Of a DNA stretch of 64,000 nt, positions 1-29,846 are shown in pieces. Source of the stretch: the human T2T-CHM13v2.0 reference genome, Homo sapiens; the NCBI RefSeq assembly GCF_009914755.1, contig NC_060940.1. One strand, given 5' to 3'. The notes beneath the pieces are model-generated. The model did not search any database and was not told the origin of the DNA. It worked only from the letters and a program-made list of their open reading frames with translations. The stretch's first letter is position 1, and the number at the start of each line of letters is the position of its first letter. The translations under genes and the position numbers were made by a program.

Positions 1-2
1 TT

Positions 3-974
3 TGGACTTCCATTGGTGCCAGCACTGGTTCCCCTTTACCTGAGCCAACAACCTACCAGGAAGTTTCCATCAAGATGTCATCAGTGCCCCAGGAAACCCC
101 TCATGCAACCAGTCATCCTGCTGTTCCCATAACAGCAAACTCTCTAGGATCCCACACCGTGACAGGTGGAACCATAACAACGAACTCTCCAGAAACCTCC
201 AGTAGGACCAGTGGAGCCCCTGTTACCACGGCAGCTAGCTCTCTGGAGACCTCCAGAGGCACCTCTGGACCCCCTCTTACCATGGCAACTGTCTCTCTGG
301 AGACTTCCAAAGGCACCTCTGGACCCCCTGTTACCATGGCAACTGACTCTCTGGAGACCTCCACTGGGACCACTGGACCCCCTGTTACCATGACAACTGG
401 CTCTCTGGAGCCCTCCAGCGGGGCCAGTGGACCCCAGGTCTCTAGCGTAAAACTATCTACAATGATGTCTCCAACGACCTCCACCAACGCAAGCACTGTG
501 CCCTTCCGGAACCCAGATGAGAACTCACGAGGCATGCTGCCAGTGGCTGTGCTTGTGGCCCTGCTGGCGGTCATAGTCCTCGTGGCTCTGCTCCTGCTGT
601 GGCGCCGGCGGCAGAAGCGGCGGACTGGGGCCCTCGTGCTGAGCAGAGGCGGCAAGCGTAACGGGGTGGTGGACGCCTGGGCTGGGCCAGCCCAGGTCCC
701 TGAGGAGGGGGCCGTGACAGTGACCGTGGGAGGGTCCGGGGGCGACAAGGGCTCTGGGTTCCCCGATGGGGAGGGGTCTAGCCGTCGGCCCACGCTCACC
801 ACTTTCTTTGGCAGACGGAAGTCTCGCCAGGGCTCCCTGGCGATGGAGGAGCTGAAGTCTGGGTCAGGCCCCAGCCTCAAAGGGGAGGAGGAGCCACTGG
901 TGGCCAGTGAGGATGGGGCTGTGGACGCCCCAGCTCCTGATGAGCCCGAAGGGGGAGACGGGGCTGCCCCTTAA
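3..974 (+). CDS. SPN: Sialophorin (CD43/leukosialin), 5'-truncated by the window edge; intronless CDS
   Basis: Frame open from position 3 (WTSIGASTGSPLPEPTTYQEVSIK-MSSVPQ...) to TAA 972-974. Ser/Thr/Pro mucin ectodomain, transmembrane helix GMLPVAVLVALLAVIVLVALLLL (~531-599), basic juxtamembrane WRRRQKRR and C-terminus ...EPEGGDGAAP match human CD43. Confidence 0.98.
   Translation, partial: WTSIGASTGSPLPEPTTYQEVSIKMSSVPQETPHATSHPAVPITANSLGSHTVTGGTITTNSPETSSRTSGAPVTTAASSLETSRGTSGPPLTMATVSLETSKGTSGPPVTMATDSLETSTGTTGPPVTMTTGSLEPSSGASGPQVSSVKLSTMMSPTTSTNASTVPFRNPDENSRGMLPVAVLVALLAVIVLVALLLLWRRRQKRRTGALVLSRGGKRNGVVDAWAGPAQVPEEGAVTVTVGGSGGDKGSGFPDGEGSSRRPTLTTFFGRRKSRQGSLAMEELKSGSGPSLKGEEEPLVASEDGAVDAPAPDEPEGGDGAAP
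174..443 (+). repeat. Five 54-bp (18-aa) mucin tandem repeats in the CD43 ectodomain
   Basis: ITTNSPETSSRTSGAPVT / TAASSLETSRGTSGPPLT / MATVSLETSKGTSGPPVT / MATDSLETSTGTTGPPVT / MTTGSLEPSSGASGPQVS. Confidence 0.9.
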
Positions 975-1100
975 GTGTCGGTGAATAGTGAGGCTGGAGG
1001 CCGGAATCTCAGCCAGCCTCCAGCACCTTCCCTCTCACCATCCCACTGCCCCCTCGCTCCCATGTTTCCACCCGGCACCCTGATCCTCACCCGAATCTCC

Positions 1101-1397
1101 TTTTTTTTTTTCTTTTGAGACAGAGTTTCGCTTTGTCGCCCAGGCTGGAGTGCAATGCACGATCTCAGTTCACTGCAACCTCTGCCTCCTAAGTTCAGGC
1201 GATTCTCCTGCCTCAGCTTCCCGAGTAACTGAGATTACAGGCACCCACCACCATGCCCAGCTGCTTTTTTGTATTTTTGGTAGAGATGGGGTTTCACCAT
1301 GTTGGCTAGGCTGGTCTCAAACTCCTGACCTCAGGTGATCTACCTGCCTCAGCCTCCCAAAGTGCTGAGATTACAGACATGAGCCTCCGCGCCTTGC
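1101..1397 (-). mobile_element. Alu (S-type), antisense in the proximal SPN 3' UTR
   Basis: Poly-T followed by gagacagagtttcgct...cccaaagtgctgagattacag. Confidence 0.95.
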
Positions 1398-1535
1398 CTC
1401 CTCACCCACCTCTTCACTCTGAATCCTCATGAGGCTTCTCAGCCCTGGATTTCCTGCTGCCATCCTCACCCAGCACCCACAACTAGCGCCTGGGCAGGGC
1501 AGGGCTGGCACCTCTCAACGTCTGTGGACTGAATG

Positions 1536-1541
1536 AATAAA
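1536..1541 (+). terminator. SPN proximal poly(A) signal AATAAA
   Basis: gaatgAATAAA with U/C-rich sequence downstream; fits the short CD43 mRNA (recalled). Confidence 0.75.
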
Positions 1542-2267
1542 CCCTCCTCATCCACCCCTATTTATCTCCATCACCATTTCCCCCTCTTTCTTGTTCCTGG
1601 AAACGGCTGCTGAGTCTCCATCGGCCAAACTTATCTGCCCTGTGATTTCTTTGACAATTCTCCTTTTCCCCCAGAACCCACCCTGGGTTGACCAGAGTCT
1701 GGGAAGAAGGACAAGAGAACCCGGCAAACTCCCTCCTAGGATTAACTTTGTAAAGCACCCTTGCCCTGTAGCTGCAAGGGCTGTGGAACCTGGGCAGCCC
1801 GCAACCACCTTTAGCTCTGGGCCCCCCAGGCCAGCCTGGAGCATGGCTGGGTGGGGCCACCAGCCCATGCTCTCAGGCGGGCCTGTGATCTTTCCCAGGG
1901 CACATGGACTGTAGGCTGGCCCTGGCCCACACCACCACACTCTCCCCAGCCATGGACAGAGGCAGCCAGAGGCCTCACGGTTTCTCCTCCGAGTTTCTGG
2001 CTGGGTGTAGTTCTCAGAAACCCCAGTGCCTGCGTGTGTCCACTCGTGGGTGTGGTTTGTGTGCAAGAGCTGAGGATTTGGCGATGCTTGGGAGGGGTAG
2101 TTGTGGGTACAGACGGTGTGGGGGTGGGAAGTGGTGCAGAGACTGAAGAGGGTCAACCTGGGCATGGGGGACACAGGGACTGCTGAGAACGTGCGTGTCA
2201 TCTTTGCTCTGATGGGGTGGACATAGCAGAAAATCTAACTCTGTCTGTAGCCCCATACAGAATGCCA

Positions 2268-2435
2268 GGGTGAGCACAGTGGCTGGTGCCTTTAATCCCA
2301 GCACTTTGGAAAGTTGAGGCAGGAGGATCGCTTGAGCCCAGGAGTTCGAGTCTGAAGTGAGCTGTGATTGCACCACTGCACTTCAGCCTGGGCAACAGAG
2401 TGAGCCCCTGTCTCAAAAAAGAAAAGAAAAAGAAA
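2268..2435 (+). mobile_element. Free Alu monomer (FLAM-like)
   Basis: Single Alu arm ending in an A-rich tail. Confidence 0.8.
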
Positions 2436-2545
2436 GCCAGGCTTCATGGAAAGATCGTATGTGTGACCCAAATATGAGTTCTTCAGCTCAGCCATGGTAA
2501 TCCCTTCCTTGAAGTCTCCATTTCTGCAGTACACATGCATGTGCG

Positions 2546-2546
2546 C

Positions 2547-2612
<66 letters not shown>

Positions 2613-2614
2613 GC
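2546..2614. repeat. Compound microsatellite (CT)n(CA)n(CG)n
   Basis: Directly visible; ends in ~8 consecutive CG dinucleotides. Confidence 0.97.
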
Positions 2615-3540
2615 TCTCCTGCGAACAGAGGCAGGGGGAGAGGGGTTTGCCCTGGTCTCGGGGACTGGTCTGGCTGGCGCTTCCCCACTGCACGTTTCCA
2701 GGTTTAGTTTGTCTGTGTCTCCTCTTCCATCCCAGGGGCTGAGCCCCTTCCATCCTCCAAGAGGAACCAGTGAGAGTGAGTGAAGGAGGGGCCTGGAGCC
2801 AGGGACTTCCCCTGTGGGGCCTGGGTGGAGAGGGGAGAACTCAATGGTGCTGCCTTTGAGACCAGCCCAGGCTACAGCCCAGGAGCACACATGGGCCAGG
2901 GCAGTTGGTATTTCCCGAGGACAAAGAGGAAATTTTCAAAGAGGAAGTTGTTGAGTTAGAGCTTGCGGTGGCTGAGAGCAGACAGGTTGACCTGCAAAAA
3001 AAGACAGGGGAGGCATGTGAGTGTGACAGCCCTGCTCTGTGGCCTGGGCAGGAGATGGGGGAAAGGGTCAGGTGGGGGATGGGCTCGTGCAGTGGGAGAG
3101 GAGACGGAGGGAGGGAGCGGGAAGGGGCTTGCTTAGTGGGTGGGAAGAGCTGAGCTCGGATGGAACCAGCTTCTACCAGCCAGGCTGGGCACCCACTGGG
3201 CTGCATCTGGTGGCCTTTTCTGATTGCTATTTGGACTCACTGCAGCTGCAGAATGACAGAGGCCATGTCCAAAATCCCTTAGAGACACTGTTGTCTTAGA
3301 GTTGTTAAAATAAGAGCCCCCATATCAGGTTTAGAAAATACTGTCACCGAACGAACGTCGCTGTCCTCAGCTCCACCTCCCTTTCCTTTGACAGATATGG
3401 TTGTTTTCTAAGCCAGGACTGGTTTTAGTCAGGTCCTGGGCGAATCCTGAAAAAAAGAGGTAGTACGGGTAAGGAAGGCACCCAACAGGGCTTTCACAAT
3501 CCAGAAAATATCAAAATATAAGTGTTAAAAGAGAGGCACA

Positions 3541-3865
<325 letters not shown>

Positions 3866-3925
3866 TTATGAATGCACCAAGGAAAATGGTGCATTCATAA
3901 CTCTCAGGTGAAGCCTACCAAGCCA

Positions 3926-4078
3926 TGCGTGTGTGCACATATGTGTGTACGTGTGCATGTGCGTGCGTGCATGTGTGTGCGTGCATGTGCCTGTGTGTGT
4001 ATGTGTGCACATGTGTGTGCGCATGTGTGTGTGTGCGCGCATGTGTGTGTGCATGCATGTTCTCCCATGCATGTGTAC
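3926..4078. repeat. Alternating purine-pyrimidine (TG/CA/CG) tract
   Basis: atgcgtgtgtgcacatatgtgtgtacgtgtgcatg...; ~135 bp of near-continuous RY alternation, resuming after a short break. Confidence 0.93.
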
Positions 4079-4245
4079 TGTGGCAAGGGAGACTTTGAGG
4101 AAGAGATTCCAGTGGCTGAGCAGAAGGGCTCGCATTGCCCTGGCGAAAGGTTGGAAGGCTTCACCTGAGAGTGTGTCGTGGCCTTTGTCATATCCACTGC
4201 TTGATTCCTTTCTTTAAAAATTATTTTTATTGTTTTCTACATATG

Positions 4246-6585
<2,340 letters not shown>

Positions 6586-6649
6586 TTATGAAAATAATTG
6601 TAAATGGCTTATTGAACTTATAGTCAGTAAAAATCATGTTTTTGAAAAT

Positions 6650-6920
6650 TATGTAATGACTTTGGAAAATACCAGCAATATAATGTTAAGTGGGGAAAAA
6701 AGCAAGTTACTCCTCTGTAATACATATGATTTTAGTTTTGTAATAAAAATTCCCAACCATATATGCACTTATAGGGAAACAAAGGACCCATCGCAAATGT
6801 TTTCCATGCTGATCTCCAAAGTGGTGAGTTTATGTGTGATTTTTATTTTGTTTATGCTCTTCTGTATTTTCCGAATTTCATACAATAAATATCTGTTACT
6901 TTTACAATATGAAAAAATAG
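6650..6920 (+). mobile_element. Ancient L1ME-type 3' end
   Basis: gtgatttttattttgtttatgctcttctgtattttccgaatttcatacaat...tacttttacaat resembles the L1ME 3' terminus (recalled). Confidence 0.6.
6884..6889 (+). terminator. Candidate distal SPN poly(A) signal AATAAA
   Basis: AATAAA preceded by U-rich sequence with UGUA; position fits a ~7 kb SPN mRNA (recalled). Confidence 0.6.
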
Positions 6921-7049
6921 TGGTCAAAAAGGTGTTCAAGGGGGTGGCCTGGGGGTGTCTGGTTTGAGGAGAGTGGTAGGGGATGAGGCTGCAAGTGGAG
7001 GTTGGAGCCATGCTATGAAAAGTTCAAGAGTTTGAATTGAGTTCTGAGG

Positions 7050-14805
<7,756 letters not shown>

Positions 14806-15049
14806 TAAAAAGGTACTTGAGATCAAAAAGGATGGAGTTAGGATTTGAACCCAGGTCCAGGGCCCATGATTTTCCCAGCACACCATCCAAAATGCCTGCC
14901 TGCCCTCACCAGGGAGCACATGCTTACATTCACAGCCTTGGACCCTGGGTTAGGGCCAGGAGGGCTGGGTGTTGGGTGAGAACAGGGCCTCGGGCTCCTT
15001 CACTGGCTGGGGCAGGGCTTCTGAGTTCCCCATCAGAGCCCCTCCTCTG

Positions 15050-15238
15050 ACTTTCAGGGCCTGCTGAGGAATCTGCAGGCCTGGCAGAGGACAGGAGGGA
15101 GGCTTGGGGAGCCTGGGAAGGGCCGGCTGACAGCTTGATGGGCCCTCCCTCCCTCCACAGTCCCACCCCCAGCCTGGGGCCTCTGGGAGCCTTGGTCCTG
15201 AGCAGCCAACACACCAGCCCAGACAGCTGCAAGTCACC
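15050..15238 (+). promoter_or_regulatory. QPRT: QPRT proximal promoter / 5' UTR (TATA-less, not a CpG island)
   Basis: Directly upstream of a strong-Kozak ATG (gtcaccATGG); CCCTCCC and CACCC boxes; ETS site CCGGAAGT at 15553-15560 in intron 1. TSS not determinable from sequence. Confidence 0.55.
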
Positions 15239-15251
15239 ATGGACGCTGAAG
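15239..15251 (+). CDS. QPRT: QPRT coding exon 1 (M-D-A-E-G, 13 nt)
   Basis: ATG GAC GCT GAA G|gtaaag donor; phase joins exon 2 to give [12 protein letters not shown]. Confidence 0.93.
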
Positions 15252-15707
15252 GTAAAGGGACACTCTCTCTGCCATGTCCCTGCACCCATCCCCCCACTGC
15301 CTACCCCTGCCCCCACCCTGGCTTGTCTCAGCCCCTTGTTGCCTCCTCTGGAGTCATCTCTCCTCTGGTCCCGCCATCGACTCCCTTACCTACCCCATGT
15401 CCCTGCAGCCTTGCTCAACCCCCAGAGGCCCCTTCTCACTCTTCTTTCTCCTGTGTTGAGTCCCCAAGGAGCTCTGGGGAAGGAAGGGGCTTAAGCCCTA
15501 GAAAAGGGCAGGGTGGCCTGGAGGAGGTGGCGTCTCCTGGGGGCAGTGGGGGCCGGAAGTGGGAGGCTGGTTGGGGGAGCAGCATGGACTTCTGCTCTCG
15601 CTGGTAGCTCGGGAGAAGCAGAGACAAAGTCCTGTCCCTTCTGCAGCTGGGTGGGGGAGGGGGCTTGAGTCCCGTGATTCCCTGCCTGGAGGGAGCTGTA
15701 TGCAAAC

Positions 15708-16519
<812 letters not shown>

Positions 16520-17351
16520 CAGGGGTGGCTGACTAAACTGGCGCCCCGTAAACCCTTCCACCAGCACAAACCCAGGGGTCCATGCTCTACGCTCAGAAGG
16601 CTCCACCAGGGATGGGGCTGTGTGACCATGGGTGGGTCCTGGCTTCTCAGAGTCCCGTTTTCTTCCATCTGTAAAATGACAATAATAGTTCCCTGCTCTG
16701 GCCCGCCACGGTGGCTCACGCCTGTAATCCCAGCACTTTGGGAGGCTGAGGTGGGTGGAGCACTTGAGGTCAGGTGTTTGAGACCAGCCTGGCCAACATG
16801 GTGAAACCCCGTCTCTACTAAAAGTACAAAAATTAGCCGAGTGTGGTGGTGCGCACCTGTAATCCCAGCTACATGGGAGGCTGAGGCAGGAGAATTGCTT
16901 GAACCCCAGTGGCGGAGGTTGCAGTGAGCTGAGACCAGGCCTCAGCACTCCAGCCTGGGCGACAGAGCGAGACTCCATCTCAAAAAAAAAGGAAAATAAA
17001 TAGTTCCCTGCTCAGAAGGTTGTGGGGAGGACAGAGGATGGGAGGCACAGGTGCTTAGACCCTCCTCCATGTTTGAGGTGCCTGCTGGCCCCATACACCC
17101 GGTCCCTCTGGCTCCACTGTGGAACCAGCTCTCAGGGGTCCCATGCAGGATGCCACGCCAAACACCTTTCAATCTCCATTGTGTCTTTCTCTTTTGAAAC
17201 AACGCCGACCTGGATGTGAATCCTGACTGCCACTCAGCAGCAGTGGAAACCCTGGCAAGTTTTGTAACCTGTAGAAGCCCGTTTCCACATCTGGACAATG
17301 GAGTTGGTGGCACTGGTCTCACGGGGTTGTAATGAAGATTAAATACCTTAG

Positions 17352-17944
<593 letters not shown>

Positions 17945-18432
17945 TAGTTTTAGTAGAGACAGGGTTTCACCATGTTGGCCAGGATGGTCTCGATCTCTTG
18001 ACCTTGTGATCTGCCTCCTCGGCCTCCCAAAGTGCTGGGATTACAGGTGTGAGCCACCGCACCCGGCCTCTTTTGTTTTTTAGACGGGGTCTTGTTCTGT
18101 CACCCAGGCTGGTTGGTGTGCAGTAACATAATCATAGCTCACTGTTTGTAGCCTCCAACTTCTGGGCTCAAGTGGTCCTCCTGCCTCAGCCTGTGGAGTA
18201 GCTGGGACTGCAGGCGTGTGCCACCACACCTGGCTAATTAAAATAAATTTTTTTTTTTTTTAGAGATGGGTTCTTGCTGTGTTGCCCAGGCTGGTCTCAA
18301 ACTCCCAGCCTCAAGCGATCCTCCAACCTCAGCCTCCCAAAAGTGTTGGGATTACAGGCATGAGCCACCGTGCCTGGCTCAAATCTTTTCATATGTGAAC
18401 ATCTCAGCATGTTTTCTTTCTTTCTTTTTTGA

Positions 18433-18796
<364 letters not shown>

Positions 18797-18973
18797 TAAA
18801 AATTTCCTTGGTGTTATCAAACATTCAATGTCCAGATTCCAGTGGTTTCATAAATAGCCTAATTTGCTTTTAGTTTGTTTGAATTAGGATCTAAGTAAAA
18901 TCTACACTTTGTGATTGGTTAGTATGTTTTAAGAGTCTTTGAAACTTTATTTTTTTGATTAAAAAATGTTTAA

Positions 18974-19299
<326 letters not shown>

Positions 19300-20327
19300 T
19301 AAGGTGATCTTAGGCCCACCTTGGCCTCCCAAAGTGCTGGGATTACAGGTGTGACCACCACGCCCAGCCAATATGTGGTCTTATGAGAGCATTGGTTCTT
19401 TTTTTTTTTTCCCTGAGGCAGGGTCTCACCCTGTTGCCTAGGCCAGAGTGCAGTAGCTCCATCATAGCTCACTGCAGCCTCCAACTCCTGGACTCAAGGG
19501 ATCCTCCCACTTCAGCCTTCTGAATAGCTAGGACTACAGGCGTGTGTCACCATGCCCAGCTAATTTTTAAAATTGTTTTTGTAGAGATGGGTTCTCACTA
19601 TGCTGCCCAGGCTGGTCTCAAACTCCTGGCCTCAAGCGATCCTTCTGCCTCGGCCTCCCAAAGTGTTGGGATTACAGGCATGAGCCACCGCCCCTGGCCG
19701 AGCATTGATTCTTGATCCTCATGTGCATCTGAGTCACAGAGCAGGGTGGGGGCTGGCTCTTCCCCAACCTGGATCCCTGGAAACTACCCCCAGAGATTCT
19801 GGTTCACTGGGTTGGAATGGGCCTGAGCATCTGAAAGTTTGAAAAGCTCCCTGTGATTCTGGTGTGCAGCCCAGGCAGAGGCCCCACTGTGTCCACTTCT
19901 CTTGAAAGGAGTGGTTCACACCAACACCCCCACTTCCCTACCTCCCGTGCGCTCCTCGAGCATGACAATGTGGCTTCTGCCCCCGACACATGGCACAAAA
20001 ACCGCTCTGGCACAGGCCTCACAGTTGCTAAGTGCAGAGCCCCATCCTCAGTCTTCCTTCTATTTACTTCTGCTCACCTCCCAAAACCCTCTTCTCCTTC
20101 CCAGGTACCCACTCCTGATGATGCTTCTCTTTTTGTTGGACATGCCCTGTGGGTTCTTTATCTTATTATTTTATTTTAGAGACCGTGGCTTGCTCTGTCA
20201 CCCAGGCTGGAGTGCAGTGGTGCAATCACAGGTCACTGCAGCCTCCAACTCCTGGACTCAAGCCGCAGCCTCCCGAGTAGCTGGCGAGTAGCTGGGACTA
20301 CAGGCGTGCACCCCCATGCCCAGCTAA

Positions 20328-20624
<297 letters not shown>

Positions 20625-21310
20625 TGATCCTCCCGCCTCGGCCTCCCAAAGCGCTGGGATTACAGGCGTGAGCCACCGCGCCTGGCCACGGCAGCATCTC
20701 TTCTGAACTCCAGAGCCATTCCCTACCACCCTCTGGGCACCACCATCCACATCTCCTGCTGCCGCCTCAGCCTTAACCTCTGCAAAACCAAATCCGTTCT
20801 TTCTCTCGAGCTCTGCAGAAGCTAAGCTGTTTCACCAGGCCACGATTCAGGAAACGCTTTGGGATTCAGCTTCTGTTCTTGTGAAATGGGAAGAATCCCT
20901 GTGGTGAGCTCCAGATGAGAGCACAAAGGGGAACAGGGGTGCCCGCGGCTGGCACGCCATGGCTGGCACGCCATGGCACTCAGTGGGGTCACCGCCCCCT
21001 CCTGCTGTCCCACCTCCACCCTGCCTGCTCTTCTCCTGGAATGACTCCTTCTGCCAGCTCTCAGCTACCCAGGCCAGAGGCCCAAGGCTCCCACATCTCT
21101 TTAGCTACTAATTCTGGTAGATCCCCTTTTGGAAATAGCCCTCAAATCTACCCCAGAGCTACTGTCAAAGTTCAGGGCTCCATCTCTTTTGGTTTTTTTG
21201 AAAATATTTTTTCAAATTAATTATTTGTTGGCCGGGCGCAGTGGCTCACACCTGTAATCCCAGCACTTTGGAAGGCCGAGGCAGGTGGATCACCTGAGGT
21301 CAAGAGTTCA

Positions 21311-21601
<291 letters not shown>

Positions 21602-21897
21602 TTACAGGTGACAGCCACCGCGCCCAGCCTACTTTTTGTCTGGCCAAGACTACCTCAGCCTTCTTTTGCCTCCCAATCTGTCTCCAGTTGGTGGCTGAAG
21701 TGACCCTTCTGGAGCAAAACCATAATCATATCACTCCCTCTTTTAAAATTCTGTGATGGGTCAGGCATGGTGGATCACACTTGTAATCCCAGCACTTTGG
21801 GAGGCCGAGGTGGGAGGACTGCTTGAGCCCAGGAGTTCAAGACCAGCCTGGGCAACATAGCGAGACCCCCCGTCTCTACTTAAAAATAATAAAATAA

Positions 21898-22207
<310 letters not shown>

Positions 22208-22703
22208 TGAAATTTTATGATGGCTTCTGCGATCTGGCCAAATTCCTCAGCTAAATAGTTTAGTTCTTTCTCCCTGTGGCCTCTCCTCCCACCATGTCAC
22301 CTGTGAATCCCACACTGCCCCCACCCCGACACTGTCTGCAGGTGAACAGATCAGTTTTCTCAGCCCCAAATGTCAGCCCCACCCCACACCTCTGCCTGGC
22401 AAACATCACTCACCGGTCCTCAGAGACACCTAGTCATTTATTCCATGAGTCCACCACACTTGAGAAACGCTTCTTTTCTTCGCGAGCACGCCTACCCTGT
22501 GCTAGACAGTGTTCCTAAGGGCTTTCAAACATAAAGTCTTTTGTTTTTTGTTTTTGAGACGCAGTCTTGCTCTGTCGCCCAGGCTGGAGTGCGGTGGCAC
22601 AATCTTGGCTCACTGCAACCTCCGCCTCCCAAGTTCAAGCAATTCTCTGCCTCAGCCTCCCGAGTAGCTGGGATTACAGGCGCTCGGCTTTTTATTTTTT
22701 TAA

Positions 22704-22946
<243 letters not shown>

Positions 22947-24086
22947 TGATTCTCTGACACATCCTCATTGAGCACCTGCACTGTGTGGGGTGTTAATAAT
23001 TGCTAGGCATGGAGGCAACAGCGTGGGCAGCTCTTTCTCTTACTTGTCAGGCTTTAGCCTATGCTGTTGCAGGACTGTGCCTTGGCCTGGAAGCCCCTTC
23101 CCTTATCCTCATCCCCAATCTCCCCCTTCAGCTCTTGTTCCTCTTGCAGGTCTTCCCTTAAACATCACTTCCTCAGCAGGGGCCTCACAGACACGCCCGG
23201 AGGTTAGATCCTGGTCCCTCTGTGCTTCCTGTTCTTCCCCCATCATCACAGTCTACGGCTGTTTCCTCTCGATGGGCAAAGACTGTGTCTGGCCATTGAG
23301 TTTTCTGCTATATCCAAGTGCTTCGCATACTGAACCATATAAATTTGCTGCTTTTATTGGTCAAAACGGCCAAATATTGGCAATTTTATATTGGTTAGCT
23401 TCATAGTATGTGAGCTAGGATACTTATCCTATCAGAGAGGTTGCGTAGCACAGTGAATCAGAGCCCAGGCTCTGGGGCCGCACACCTGAGGTCCAGCCCT
23501 GGCTCTGCCACTTGTCACTAAGTGATTGTGGACTGGAGACAACCCTCAGGGGCCTTGGGTTCCTAATCTGTGACAGGGATGACAATAATGACCTCCTCGT
23601 GCTGTTATAAAATACAGAAATGTACTAAAATACAAAAATTGGCCAGGCATGGTGGCACATGCCTGTAATCCCAGCTACTCAGGAGGCTGAGGCAGGAGAA
23701 CTCAGGAGGCAGAGGCTGCAGTGAGTCTACTTTTATTGCCAAAGCTCGGGGGTCCATCCCTTTTCCATTGCATGCCACTGCACTCCAGCCTGGGCAACAA
23801 AGTGAGACTGTCTCAGAAAAAAGAAAAAGAAAAAAATGTTTAAAAGCCAGGAGTTTGAGACCCTGTCTCTATTAAAAAAAAAAAAATTACCTTGGCATGG
23901 TGGAGCAGCTACTCAGGAGGCTGAGGTGAGAGGACCACATGAGCCCGGGAGTTCAAGGCTGCAGTGAGCCATGATTGCACCACTGCATTCCACTCTGTCT
24001 CAAAAAGAAAGAAAGAAAAAAGTCAAGAGAACTGGAGCTGAAACCATGAAAGGTCAGTTTTCAGCAGGAGAGTGATCAAAGAAAAC

Positions 24087-24778
<692 letters not shown>

Positions 24779-24781
24779 TGA

Positions 24782-26950
<2,169 letters not shown>

Positions 26951-27186
26951 TGAACTCCTGACCTCGTGATCTGCCCACCTTGGCCTCCCAAAGTGCTGGA
27001 ATTACGGCGTGAGCCATGGTGCCCAGCCTGCATCACAGGTTGTTTACCCAATACTCACCAGTTGCAGAATTCAAATCCATTTTTTAAAAAATCAGCCTGA
27101 AAAAAAAAGAAAAAAATCAGTCTGGCCAGGCACGGTGGCTCACGCCTGTAATCCCAGCACTTTGGGAGGCCAAGGCGGGAGGATCA

Positions 27187-27543
<357 letters not shown>

Positions 27544-27569
27544 CTACAACAAAAAATATACAAAAATTA

Positions 27570-27716
<147 letters not shown>

Positions 27717-27914
27717 TTAGGCTCTCCTCCCTGCCGTTTGCTCCCAGGCCTTTTCCGTAGCTGGATGTGACCAACAGAGACAGTGCCCAGCCTCAGTATA
27801 GCTAGCTCTTAGTGGAGGGACAGGAGCCATCTGGGGCAGATGTGGGAGAGAATGTGGCGAAGGAGAGCCGGGTGCAGTCAAGGAGGCTTGTGGCTCGGAG
27901 GGGAGGTGGGGTGA

Positions 27915-28397
<483 letters not shown>

Positions 28398-28439
28398 TGA
28401 GACCATCCCAGCTAACACGGTGAAACCCCGTCTCTACTA

Positions 28440-28670
<231 letters not shown>

Positions 28671-28803
28671 TCACATCATGGGCTAGATGCGGTGGCTGAC
28701 GCCGAGATCGCGCCTCTGCAGTCGCCAGGCCACTGCAGGCGCCACAGTGGCGACAGAGCGAGACTCCGTCTCAAAAAAACAAATAAATAAATAAATCAGG
28801 TTA

Positions 28804-29130
<327 letters not shown>

Positions 29131-29236
29131 TCAAGCATTTATCCTTTCTGTTACAATCCAATTGCATTCTTTTAGTTATTTCGAAATGTACAGTTATTAT
29201 TGACTGTAGTCACCCTGTTGTGCTAGCAAATAGTAG

Positions 29237-29497
<261 letters not shown>

Positions 29498-29518
29498 TGA
29501 ACTCCTGACCTCAGGTGA

Positions 29519-29846
<328 letters not shown>

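Noticed and set aside
75-77. ATG at 75 as the SPN start
   Set aside because: The frame is open upstream to the window edge; the true start and signal peptide lie before position 1.
113-880. 255-aa antisense ORF over SPN
   Set aside because: Shadow of a GC-rich, codon-biased CDS; no independent start context or domain.
1405-2155. Short complementary patches (acccacaacta/tagttgtgggt; cctcttca/tgaagagg) around the proximal poly(A) site
   Set aside because: Only 8-11 bp each; compatible with chance given local C-rich/G-rich skew.
1548-3299. Several 80-217 aa ORFs in the SPN 3' UTR, including an acidic FPEDKEEIFKEEVVELE stretch
   Set aside because: No recognisable homology or splice context; expected by chance in GC-rich UTR.
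20946-20977. 14-bp tandem duplication ggctggcacgccat
   Set aside because: Simple slippage duplicate with no supportable function.
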